The translations under genes and the position numbers were made by a program. Positions 34,382 through 45,479 of a stretch of DNA of 64,000 bases are shown piece by piece. The notes below the pieces were generated by a model, which searched no databases, had not been told where the DNA came from, and was given only the letters and a program-made list of their open reading frames with translations. Source of the stretch: Neophaeotheca triangularis (taxonomy: Eukaryota); the NCBI GenBank assembly GCA_054600435.1, contig BAAIJX010000082.1, positions 1 through 64,000 of the forward strand, written 5' to 3'. The stretch's first letter is position 1. The number at the start of each line of letters is the position of its first letter.

Positions 34382-36751
34382 ATGGCGACCCTCAAGAGAC
34401 CGCTCGACGACAACTATGTCCCCTCATCGACCCCCGCCTTTGGCACTCCAGCCCATCCCATTCCACCACCACGTCCAGCGCGAGGAAACAGTCCGCCTCC
34501 AGCATTCAAGCCTGCCATTTCCACCATATTGCCCATCCTGATCCCACCGCCAACCTTGAGACCCCTTGCGTTTCGGACTTTCACCAAAAAGCATAATCTT
34601 ACCCTCAACGGCTCAGCTTTGCAAGCACTTGCGACATTCATCGGCCGACATTGTGGATCAGCGTGGCGAGAAGAGGGCACTGGCGAGAAGGTGTTGGACG
34701 AGGTTGCGAAACTATGGAAGGCCGAGTCGGGCCCAGTCATTGTCGAGGACGGTGCCCAACTCAAAGGCATTCTCAAAACCTTGGAGGGATGCATGAGCGG
34801 CGGCAGAATAGGGCAGGTCAAGAGGCAAGGTAGCAATATCAGCAGGCAGAGTGGCTTTGCTTTTGGGAACGAATCAGGTGGTGAATCATCCGGAGTCGGC
34901 GTACGAAGACCTAGCCTGGACAGCAATCGCAATAGCAGCTTTGGCATGAGCGCCCTACAAGTCGAAGAGCAGGACGAGATTGAAGAAGCAAGCAAACAAC
35001 CGAGATCGTGGATCAAGGTCATATCATCCTTCGATCAGCCGCGATTCACCTACAATCTGGACAAGAAGCATTTTGTTCAGATGAACAACAAGCCGTCTTT
35101 TTTCCCGCCACCCTCACACAAGACCGCCATCTTCCGAGAAAGATACAATGTCATACATCAGCGCCTACTACGCAACGAAGCCTTTCAGACGCCTTCCTTT
35201 AGCGCAAGATCGTCGAAACTGACGAGAACAAACAGCACAACCGCTCAGCAGTTCTACAAACTGACTCCGATCGCTAATCTCCTAGGCCGAGGAGGCTCTT
35301 CCCATCTCCTGCTGGGTATGCTAGTCATAGCGCCTACGGGTACACTAGCTTTTGCAGACACTTCTGGCAGCATATCGTTGGATCTTCAACATGCTGCTCC
35401 ATTACAAGGCGAGGATTCCGCCTACTTTTGCCCCGGCATGATAGTCCTCGTGGATGGCGTCTACGAGGAAGACTACGCCGGTGTTGGATCCAGCGGCTTG
35501 GGCAACACCGGCGGGATCGGTGGCACTATTGGAGGCCTCTTTGTTGGTTTCAGCATCGGTGGCCCGCCAGTAGAGAAACGAAACGTCTCACTTGGCGTAA
35601 ATCTCGGTACGACAGACGTAGGTGGTGGTTTCGGGTGGACAGACTTCTTAGGCTTGGGCAGTGAACGAGCAGTAGGACCACGGATGCAAAAACTAGAGAA
35701 GCGGCTACTCGTAGCAGACAGTGCGAGCTCTGAAGACCCCTCCAATAAGATGGTGATTTTCTCGGAAGTCTGCCTAGACGACCCGACAACCCTTTCTGCC
35801 CTCCGCAAAGTACTCGAAATCTACGCAGCATCACCCACACCACCCATGGCGTTCCTCGTCATGGGCAACTTCACAAGCCGCGCCTCCATGGCAGGCGCAG
35901 GCGTCGGCTCAATCGAATACAAAGAACTTTTCAACGAGCTCGCCGTCGTGCTCTCAGACTTTCCCTCCCTCCTCCGCAACAGCACCTGGATCTTCGTCCC
36001 TGGCGACAACGACCCGTGGTCTTCAGCCTTCTCCGCTGGCGCCAGTAGTCCCATCCCCAAACAAGGCGTCCCCGAGCTCTTCACGAACCGCGTCAAACGC
36101 GCTTTCGCAACCGCAAACTCCGAAGCCGGCGTCAGAGACAAGGACACGATCGAAGGTCAAGCCATCTGGACGACTAACCCGGCTCGTCTCAGCCTCTTCG
36201 GCCCGCAACACGAAATCGCCATTTTCCGCGACGACCTCGCAGGTCGATTCAGGAGAAGCGCGGTGCGCGTTGGTAAAGCCAGCAACAGCACCACCACCAC
36301 CACCACCAGCAACACCCCCGAAGAACCCCCCCAAGACAGCGCCCACAACCCCCAACCCCCGGACACAGAAATGCTCGACCCAGACGCCCTACCGACAACC
36401 GAAGAAATCCAACCCCCCGGCCCCACCCCGGAAACCCACGCTCTCGCGCAAGCGAAAAAACTCATCCTCTCCCTCCTGCCGCAAAGCACTCTCTCCCCCT
36501 TTCCCCTCTCCCTACGGCCCATGCACTGGGACTACGCAACCTCACTATCCCTGTATCCGCTACCGCATACGCTTGTTCTCGCGGATGCGGGGAGCGCGGC
36601 TTTCGCTCTGACGTTTGAAGGGTGTCACGTTGTGAATCCCGGACGATTGGTAGCAGGGGCCGGCAGTAGGGGGAGGAGGCGGAGGGTGCAGTGGGCGGAG
36701 TATGATCTTGTCGGCAAGAGGGGGCGGGGGAGGGGGGAGTGGATTGGTTAG
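34382..36751 (+). CDS. DPB2: DNA polymerase epsilon subunit B, single exon
   Basis: LRPLAFRTFTKKHNL, FRERYNVIHQRLLRNEAF, FCPGMIVLVDG, IFVPGDNDPW, WTTNPARLS, WDY..SLSLYPLP, VVNPG. Confidence 0.96.
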   Translation: MATLKRPLDDNYVPSSTPAFGTPAHPIPPPRPARGNSPPPAFKPAISTILPILIPPPTLRPLAFRTFTKKHNLTLNGSALQALATFIGRHCGSAWREEGTGEKVLDEVAKLWKAESGPVIVEDGAQLKGILKTLEGCMSGGRIGQVKRQGSNISRQSGFAFGNESGGESSGVGVRRPSLDSNRNSSFGMSALQVEEQDEIEEASKQPRSWIKVISSFDQPRFTYNLDKKHFVQMNNKPSFFPPPSHKTAIFRERYNVIHQRLLRNEAFQTPSFSARSSKLTRTNSTTAQQFYKLTPIANLLGRGGSSHLLLGMLVIAPTGTLAFADTSGSISLDLQHAAPLQGEDSAYFCPGMIVLVDGVYEEDYAGVGSSGLGNTGGIGGTIGGLFVGFSIGGPPVEKRNVSLGVNLGTTDVGGGFGWTDFLGLGSERAVGPRMQKLEKRLLVADSASSEDPSNKMVIFSEVCLDDPTTLSALRKVLEIYAASPTPPMAFLVMGNFTSRASMAGAGVGSIEYKELFNELAVVLSDFPSLLRNSTWIFVPGDNDPWSSAFSAGASSPIPKQGVPELFTNRVKRAFATANSEAGVRDKDTIEGQAIWTTNPARLSLFGPQHEIAIFRDDLAGRFRRSAVRVGKASNSTTTTTTSNTPEEPPQDSAHNPQPPDTEMLDPDALPTTEEIQPPGPTPETHALAQAKKLILSLLPQSTLSPFPLSLRPMHWDYATSLSLYPLPHTLVLADAGSAAFALTFEGCHVVNPGRLVAGAGSRGRRRRVQWAEYDLVGKRGRGRGEWIG

Positions 36752-37327
36752 TAAGTGGGCGGGGCGGGAGGGTTCGTTTGGGTTTCCGAGGGAGCGGAGG
36801 TTGGGATGGAGTTCAAGGACGCGTGCATGGTCCGTCGGCGCCAGCCCTGTATGTCTCGGTGGGAAAACATTACGGCGAGCTATGTACTCTCGAACCGATC
36901 TGAAAACGTCTGAGGTCTTTGCCCTGTCATGAAAAAGGCCGATGGGATGCTGGTTGATGCGGATGTCTTCGTGCAAGAAGAATCCGCGCCAGAGAAGATA
37001 GCACCTGATACTACTCCCTGATGTTCGACATTTGATTGTTTTGCTGTGAACGTGTGCATGATACTATGTACGCGGTTCCCCCTCGCTGAGAAATGACCCA
37101 AAGGCTGTTGAATGTAGCCACGCTTTTCGAGCATTGACGGTAATGGGCCCCGGAACAGGTCAAGCCGCAGGAGGATAATCAGTTCTGCTCTTCGTGTTGT
37201 TCAGACACTGGCAGTGCGAATTCGACAGGAAAACATCCCGTGGCCAACGACGAAGAAGTCTTGTAGAGTGCACCGGTAGCGAGAGATACCATGGAACACA
37301 AGGTGACAACATAAAAACAAGACGAAT

Positions 37328-38006
37328 GCACCGTGAGAGAAAAGTAGAGATCAAAATATAAATCCGGCGCTCCCAAAAGAACGGGAGAGCGCGCAAAATC
37401 TCTCATATTTGCGCGGTGCTACAAAAACACAAGCGGAATTGCAGCAGCGCGACTACTAATGTTTTTGTAGACGCAGCAGAAAGCAAAAAACAAAAAAAGC
37501 CCAGCAAAAGCCTTCCATTCCCTTCCCTCAGCCCGCAAGCACGAACACTCACACCCCAACAATGTCTTAAATCGATTGATTGTCTAGCGGTAGGTATCGC
37601 GCCGGCAATGCGAGATGGAATGTTGAAGCCATCTCTCCAACGCCTTCGCTAAATTCGTCAGATCTTGGAACCTTTCTTTTTCTTTGGGTATAAAAAAGAC
37701 TCCCTCCCAAAATGTTGTAGTTTTTGTTTCGCCAATTTCGCGGGCATTCGGGGGAAGGAGCCCGCCTGAAAGTGTGACGGACTCGTACTCCCGATGCCTC
37801 ACGAGACCACTCAGGGTCTATGTTGAATAACGCTTCACTCCTTTTCTAGCCCTGAGTTGTTCCTTTGGGGGGGGGTATCATCTGTCCGCGCGCAGAATCA
37901 TGCTTCATAGAGGGTTTATGCTTTTAAATTCGCCGTGTAACGCCGTGGAAATGAGGATGCGCTCGTTGCTCCTGGGAGCAGGCGCTAGACTACCTGAGGA
38001 TAGTCT
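37328..38006 (-). promoter_or_regulatory. Candidate structured 3'-UTR element of the SAM synthetase mRNA (hairpin array)
   Basis: About nine inverted repeats of 6-11 bp within ~680 nt directly after the stop codon. Several use G-U pairs on the mRNA strand. See findings. Confidence 0.55.
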
Positions 38007-39309
38007 TAAAACTTGAGGGTCTTGGGCTTCTCCCAGTTGAAGTCCTGGTTGGTGAAGTGGCCGTTCTTCGCGGTTTGGCAGTAGATGGGCTTGATGAGGT
38101 CAAGCTCCTTGACAATGACACCGGGGCGGAGATCGAAGTTGTTACGGATGATCTGGACAAGCTCCTCGGAGGACTTGTTCGAGGTGCCGTAGGACTCGAC
38201 GAAGATGGACAGGGGCTCGGCGACACCAATGGCGTAGGAAAACTGGACCAACGCACGGCGGCAGAGTCCGGCCTTGACGAGCGACTTGGCGACCCAGCGG
38301 GCGAGGTAGGCAGCAGAGCGGTCGACCTTGCTGTAGTCCTTGCCGGAGAAAGCACCACCACCGTGGGCACCCCAGCCACCGTAGGTGTCGACGATGATCT
38401 TACGGCCAGTCAGACCGGCGTCACCCTGGGGTCCGCCAATGATGAAGAGGCCAGAGGGTTGGATCTAGCGGGAAACGATTAGCGGAAATGCGATCAAAGT
38501 ATCACTACATTCTATACAACTTACGTGGTAGACGGTCTTGTCGTCGAGGTACTTGGCAGGGATGACCTTCTTGACGATCTTCTCCAAAATCTCCTTGCGG
38601 AGGAACTCGGTGGTTATGTCCTCGGCGTGCTGAGCACTGACGACAACGGTGTCCACTCTCTTGGGGACAACGGCACCACCATCGTGCTCGTACTCGACGG
38701 TGACTTGGGTCTTGGTGTCAGGCCTGAGCCAAGGGATGCTGCCGTCGTTGCGAGCGTCGGTCATGGCGCTGTTGAGCTTGTGGGCGAGCTGGATGGTGAG
38801 CGGCAGCAACTCGGGGGTCTCATCAGAGGCATATCCGAACATGATACCCTGGTCACCGGCTCCGAGCTTCTCGAGGGCCTCCTCGTAGTGAAGACCTTGG
38901 GCGATATCGGGGCTCTGCTCCTCAATGGCAACAAGGACGTTGCAGGTCTTGTAGTCGAAACCCTTGTCGGAGCTGTCGTAGCCAATGTCCTTGATGGTGT
39001 TACGGATGATCTTCTGGTAGTCGAGCTTGGCCTTGGTGGTGATTTCGCCAAAGATCATGATCATGCCGGTCTTGGTGGCCGTCTCACAAGCAACCTTGGA
39101 GAGGGGGTCTTCCTTGAGGCAGGCATCGAGGACGGCGTCGGAGACTTGGTCGGCAATCTTGTCGGGGTGACCTTGTCCAACAGACTCGGAGGTGAAGCTG
39201 GAGGGGGGGATGTCAGTGAGAGAGGCTTTGGTTGGGAGTAGTAGTAGCATGGTGGGACGCACAGGAAAGTGTTGCCCTTGGGCGTGCCGTTGACTGCTCC
39301 GGAGACCAT
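38006..39309 (-). CDS. SAM2: S-adenosylmethionine synthetase; exons 39309-39263, 39197-38525, 38464-38006
   Basis: [75 protein letters not shown]. Strong codon bias. Confidence 0.98.
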
Positions 39310-40755
39310 TGTTGTGATTAGTGAGCGAAGGTGGTGGTGGTGGTGGTGGTGTTGGTGAGGAGGAGGGTGATGAGGGTGTTGGTGGTGGAAGGAATTGAGT
39401 TGGGAGGGGTGGATAGAGTGTAGAAAGAGAGAGGTTGGTTGGGGAAGGGAAGGTCAGGTCAGGTATGAACAATGCTAAAACAAAAGCAGAGACACACCCC
39501 ACCACGACATTTGCCGAGAGATTGAAAGCTGGCGAGTCGCCTGTCGCACTGTCGGCCCATCAAAAAAACCTCCTGCTCCTGCTCCCACGCTCTCAGTCGC
39601 TCACCTTCCGCCCCGAGCCCCACTTGACAGGAACAAACGGAGCACGTCATCCGATCCCCCGACCTCAGCCGGCTTCCACCTCAATAATACTGCAAAGATA
39701 CTACTATCCATGGATATTACTATAGGCATGTGCTCTTTCACCCTCGATAGCTCCTCCGCCGCAAGGTGAACTGAGGCAGTTGTACTAGAAGAGACGTTCA
39801 ATGGGAACGACAGCAGCAACAACTTCAAGTCTCAAGTGTTAACGTCTCGGGATCACCATCAGAATAATAACACCAGTAGACTTCGGCCTCAACTAGCCAG
39901 CTTGGCCATGCCCTAGCACCGGTATCAATGCCTACCTACCTACCTAGGTAGATAGCTACCTGCACCAGCCGCGCTCACAGCTCTTATTACCAGCGATCGT
40001 CTTCGCCTTTGACTACGTCTAGGCCAGGCGAGATGAAAACACTTGCTCATATTCTAGCTATCCCAGTTTCATCTACGACACTCAACGTTGAAAGCAGCGA
40101 CGCCAAACCAGGTCGGACTGAATATTTCGGACTACTTTAGGCCACTCGATATGCGAATCTCGAAGGAGAATGCTCGCAACAGTCATTGACGAAGCGAACC
40201 AGTAGGAAGGCATTTATGATGGAGCCATCATCCTCTTTCTCTGTCTCTCTCCCTCTCTCTCTCTGTCTCTCTCTCTCTTCGTCTAGTAAATCGGTCAGCT
40301 AGTAGTCGAGACGGCGCGTATCTGCTTCCTTTCCCGCATCTTAGGGTTCGGGTTTGAGAATTACACATAATTGCCCACCGGTCATCAATGTGCACGTGGC
40401 GATCCTCGCGACGGGTCCCGATAGCTACCTACCTAGATAGGATGTTTAGAACGTTCTCCCTAGCTATACTACTACTACGTCTTGAGAATGCGAGAACTTG
40501 CCTCGACCGGAGACCTCTTTTCAATCGCTAGGTTTAACGCGTCCGCAATGATCCTAGCGAAAGAAATAATGCATTGAATCTACTACTAAGGGGTTCGTCT
40601 TTAACATAAACTTCCTAATACTTGGAATAATGTACTACTGTTTACGAATTAACGATGAATCAGCGGCATATGCACGGCCAAGAATGAACCCGTTACTAGA
40701 AGTGTCAGGGTCCAATATTTGTACAAGCTTAAGACATGTCGTGGCTGAAGTCAAA

Positions 40756-40815
40756 AAGAAGAAGAAGAAGAAGAAGAAGAAGAAGAAGAAGAAGAAGAAG
40801 AAGAATAATAATAAT
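40756..40815. repeat. (AAG)16(AAT)4 microsatellite
   Basis: Read directly. Confidence 0.95.
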
Positions 40816-41255
40816 GCAAATGCAGGTCTGCAGTACTACTTCTTCCAAGGTACTAGAAGTATTTCTAAAGAACCTTTAGTTAAGCGGACACGCCCGGAGG
40901 CATCATCTTCACAATTTACAAATAGCTCTCAAGGTTTCAAGGTTTGCTTCACAATCTCAAGGTTCGTACCTCCCGAGCTCTCCCGTCCGCTAGTCTGTCC
41001 TCACCCTTGCCGTTTTGGGCCAAATCTCGACCGACTTCAACGTGAAGCCAACGCTCGCCGACTTCCCAAGACTCTCAAGGTTTGAGCCAGTGTTCGCAAT
41101 GCCACTATTTCCACTAAACAAACCCTCATACAGTCAGTTGCGTAAGTCAGCACATGCATGTCTTCGCCTCTCTTCAGTCGTAGGTAGTAGTAGGAAGGTA
41201 GGTAGCTGGTAACTAAGTTAGCTATCTAGTCGACCTAGACCCCCTTCCCTCCCTC

Positions 41256-41256
<1 letters not shown>

Positions 41257-41286
<30 letters not shown>
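41257..41286. repeat. (TC)15 microsatellite in the GH128 promoter/leader (an imperfect CT tract also lies at ~40232-40277)
   Basis: Read directly. Confidence 0.9.
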
Positions 41287-41293
<7 letters not shown>

Positions 41294-41607
41294 TCTCTAC
41301 TCCTTACTCCCTACTACACTTCCTACATACCACTGCTTCCCGATATCAGCACTACTAATCTCAAACCACTCGCTTCTTCACGCTCTTTTACTGTAATACC
41401 ATCTAGCCGCGGGAGGATCAATACATCTCACTCCGCCACAATCTCCGGCTTCGCTAGCTACTCGAGAATCCAGCAGACCTCTACTCGAGACTGATATCCC
41501 TCATTATATCCCTACCACGGCAAGACAATCGAGACGAATCGACCACGAACCGCACTACCCCAATAACCCAAAACAACGCCCCTCACAGAACCAACTAAAC
41601 CAACAAG

Positions 41608-42658
41608 ATGCGCTCCTCAACCTCCCTCGCTCTCTTCGCAACGACCCTCCTCTCCACCCCCGTCACTCTCGCCCAATCCACCGACTCAGCGCACCCGAAA
41701 CGTGGCCTCGTCTACGTTCCCTCGGACCAAGGCTACACTGAGGACGACCAGATCTGGATCGGCACAGATCTAACCTGGTACTACAACTACGAAGCCTCCC
41801 CGACCACGAAATTCGACGACTCGCAAATGCAATTCGTGCCCATGATGTGGGGAACACCCCAATCTGGCGACGAAATGCTCTTCCACGACACCGTCAGCGA
41901 CCTGATCGACAACGGCCGCAACATCAGCTACGTGCTCGGCTTCAACGAGCCGGATGGCTGCGGGCAGCAGGTCTACGGCGGCAGCTGCATGGACGCCGAC
42001 ACGGCCGCGCGCCTGTGGATCCAGGAGTTCGAGCCGCTGAAAGAGAAGTATAATGTCAGTCTCGGCGCGCCGGCGGTCACGGGCTCGCCGAATGGGTTTG
42101 TCTGGTTGCAAAGTTGGTTCACCGCGTGCGATGGCGAGTGCAACCCGGACTTCATCCCGGTGCATTGGTACGGCAATTTCGAGGGTCTGGCCAGCCATGT
42201 CGGCCAGGTCAATAGCACCTACCCGAACATGACCATGTGGGTGACCGAGTACGCCATGGCCAACGAAGACCTAGAAGAGTCGCAAGAATTTTACAACATG
42301 AGCGCCAACTGGTTCGACAACGAGCTGAGGTTTGTCTCTCCCCAACACCCCTTTCTAAAAAATCCAATCCCTCCAAAATCCACCGCCCGAAATCCTACTA
42401 ACCCCGTTCTTTCCCCCCTTTAGCTACCTAACCCACTACTCCTACTTCGGCTCCTTCCGCAGCGACGTCTCCAACGTCGGCCCCAACGCCGCCATGCTGA
42501 CCGAAGACGGCGAACTCACCGACATCGGCGCCTGGTACATCAACGAGCCCGCCGAAGCTCAGGACCGCAAACCCAGCGCCGCGCCCAAACACGTCGCCAC
42601 CAGCACCGGACTGTGGGGCCTGGTGGCTTTGGCCCTCGTCGTCGCCGGGTCGGCGTGA
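41608..42658 (+). CDS. Secreted, probably GPI-anchored GH128 (Asl1-like) beta-1,3-glucanase; exons 41608-42329, 42424-42658
   Basis: Signal peptide, KRGLVY, LTWYYNY, QFVPMMWG, VLGFNEPD (catalytic E), DFIPVHWY, MWVTEY (catalytic E), hydrophobic C-terminal tail. Confidence 0.92.
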
Positions 42659-43383
42659 CTCTTATGGAGGTTTAGGCGCGAGGTGCGGGAGTCGCTCGGC
42701 GCTGTGCCCGGCGCCGTGCATGGCTGGTTGGGGAGGGTGGGGTATAGACGTGTTTGATAGGAGGGGGAAGGGATGGAATGAGGCTGTTGTGGTGTGGAAT
42801 GGGATGGGAAGGGATGGGATGGGATGGGATGGCGAGTGGCGTATGTTTTCTGTTGTTGGTTTGGTTCTTTGGACTTTCTCGCGCCTCGACTGACAGGGGG
42901 GTTTTGCGGTCGCAATATCGACGGGATGGGATATATCGCTGCTTCTTTTCGAACTTGCTTGGGTGGCCGCTGTTGTCTTGGGCTGTGATGCGGGAACACG
43001 AGCTACACTGGATCAGACTGGGGGGGGTTATTTTTTTGCATGGGTTCACGGGACCATTTCTACCGGCAAAGGCGTATTTTGAGGGAAGGAATTGTATTTG
43101 GCTCGAAAGCGGGTTTGAGCGTGAACTCTGTACGATGCTCGGGGATATTATACTTTATGCACCACTTACATTATCTGGTGAAAGCAAAGAACAGTGAAAT
43201 GTCACAACTGCTCTATAACTGATCCATAGTCTCTTTTGTTTGTTTGGTCTTGCTCGCTGATAAGAAAATAATAATGATATTCTATGAATCCCCATCAACT
43301 CACTCACTACTGGAAAGCAGCCACCCCACCCTCTCTCTCCACACGTCCCCTGCCCAAGGAAAAGTAGTAAGTAATAGCTTTTT

Positions 43384-45479
43384 TCAAACCCCCATCTTCT
43401 CAGCCGTAGCCATCAAACTCCCAATAAAAGTAACAATCAACCGACTCCTGAGGGTAGTAATATCCTCGGGAACCAACCAAATCGTCGCGCCCATCTTCCT
43501 CGCAATCGAAATCGCCAACTTGGCATTCGCGTACTTTTCCTCGTCGGATTTGCCCGTGGCCACAAGGTCATAGTCGACATAACTGCTCTTCATACCGCTC
43601 AAGACGTCCAAGAAGAAAATGCCATTGGCCAGACTGCCATCCTTGAAACTGCGGATCTGTGTCTTCTGGCCCGAACCCTTGGCGCTCATGCCGTTGGCCC
43701 AGCTCACCATGTCGGCGTCGCTGATTTCGCGCTTGCCCATGCGGTTGGCGAGGTCGCCGAGGGTGCGGACAATGTCGCGGCGCATGAGCTGCCAGACCAT
43801 GCCGAGAGTGAGGGTACGCTGGCCGTCGGTGATGTCGGCGCCTTGGATGCCGACGAGCGAGAAGCGGTTTTGCTTGCCCAGTTCGACGGCGTAGTTTGTG
43901 TTTTCCACAGCTTTGAAGCGCATGAGTTCGTTGCCGTTGGCGGGAGCTTTGTTGGCGTGGCGCCAGTTGACTGAGCCTGGGATGACTTTGTCGTAGGCTT
44001 GCAGGAGGACGGTGCCATCGCGGAGATCGTCGAAGAAGGACACAACGGCTGGCTGGACGTCGAGACTGTTGAGCCAGAGGGTGAAGACGCGGGCTTCGCG
44101 CTCGCCTTCTGCATCGAAGTCTTCAATATCGGCCTTTTCTTCTTCCGTGATTGGGTCGAGGCCGGGATGGTTGTTGAAGAGGTTGGCGACGAAGGCGAGG
44201 TTGAGTTTCGGGTTGCCGGCGACGAGCGAGGTTGGTGTCAAGAATTTACGGCATTCGAGCTTGTCGGCGTTTTGGAGGACTTGCTCGGCGCGTTGGTGCA
44301 GGTCTGAGGTTTGCAATGGCGAGCGCGAGCAAATGTCCGGTTTCAATTGGTTGAGGAGGACCGTGTAGTTCTCGCCGTCCTTGACGTCCGAAGAGAAGTT
44401 GGAGACGCTGGGAAGAGTTAGTTAGCATAGAGATCAATTGTACAGAATGGCGGACCGCAGCTTACGTTCGGTGCCACTTGGCGTTCTTCAGGTGGTAGTT
44501 GAACCATCTCAGAAGAATCTGCTCCGGCGGCAAGCGCAGGAATTGTTCAAGCGTCTCGTCATCCTCCAACAGCCGGTAAAGCTCAGGATGTAGCTTGATA
44601 TCAATCTTGCCCAACAGACCTCTCCGAATAATCTGCCAGATCAGCCCCAAGATCAAATGCTCCCTGACCTCGATAATGTCCCCTGCGCCAATGTTGACCA
44701 CAGAGCACCCGATACCCTTTGCCGACTCAATGACAATGTTGTTGTTCTCTGTCATGTGGAAAGCATTCAGGCTCTTGAGCTTCTTCCCCACGCGGTTTAG
44801 CACACGCTCGTCAATAGTATCCGGCACGCTGTCGTTGATGAGCTTCGCAAGCGTCAGGCCGTCCTTGCAATAATCGAACATCTCAAAGGTATCCAGGGGG
44901 AAGGGAAGTAAGTGTCCGATATCCGGGTCGCCGGCCAAGACGGCGTTGATGTGTCTGGTGAACTCCGTCCTCTCGTCCTCGTTGATGGTGTGCGTGGAGC
45001 TGGTCGTGCTGCCTCCCACTGTGATTCTCCCACCACCACCCTGGCTGCTTTTACTAGCATGTTGCGGTGCGCTGGGAGTGCCAGGTTGCTGGACATTGCT
45101 GACAGCACGACTGCGCTGGGGCCCGGTAGAAGCCCGCTGCTGTTCAGGACTTGAGAGGCGGAGCTTGGCGACGAGGTCGACGTAGTCGTCTAGTTCGACG
45201 CGGCGTGAGCTGTCCAACTCGACCTCTTTGAGCGCCTGGCGGACGACGTCATAGGGCTGTCTCTCCGAAGTCTGGGTGGCTTTGATGGTGGTTGCCTCGT
45301 CGATGTAGCCCTTGTCGTCGACGTCGAGCTTGCGGAAGGCGTCGGTCAGACCGAAGATTTCGCTCTGCTCGAATTGAGGGTACTTTCTGCGAGGAAAGTG
45401 TTAGCTGGCTGTGGATAGGGGGCATTTGATAGGGCATCGCGCTGTCGCCTGCGTACTTTTGAAGCTTGAGAACGTTCAT
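43384..45479 (-). CDS. SAC6: Fimbrin (actin-bundling protein); exons 45479-45457, 45386-44466, 44407-43384
   Basis: EF-hand-like N-terminus (FRKLDVDDKGYID) and tandem CH domains (KLINDSVPDTIDERVLN, LILGLIWQII, PEQILLRWFNYHL, LNLAFVANLFN, LAISIARKMGA). Confidence 0.97.

Noticed and set aside
40341..40356. TTAGGGTTCGGG telomere-like words
   Set aside because: Only one perfect unit, consistent with chance.
39641..40398. CACGTG / ATGACGTG motifs upstream of SAM synthetase as sulfur-regulatory sites
   Set aside because: Single, imperfect or distant matches that cannot be distinguished from background without conservation data.
40540..40960. Mildly AT-rich stretch as a possible RIP-mutated transposon relic
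   Set aside because: No terminal repeats, target-site duplication or transposase/RT similarity visible.
40630..41085. ORF with a poly-Lys tract
   Set aside because: Produced by the (AAG)16 microsatellite in intergenic DNA.
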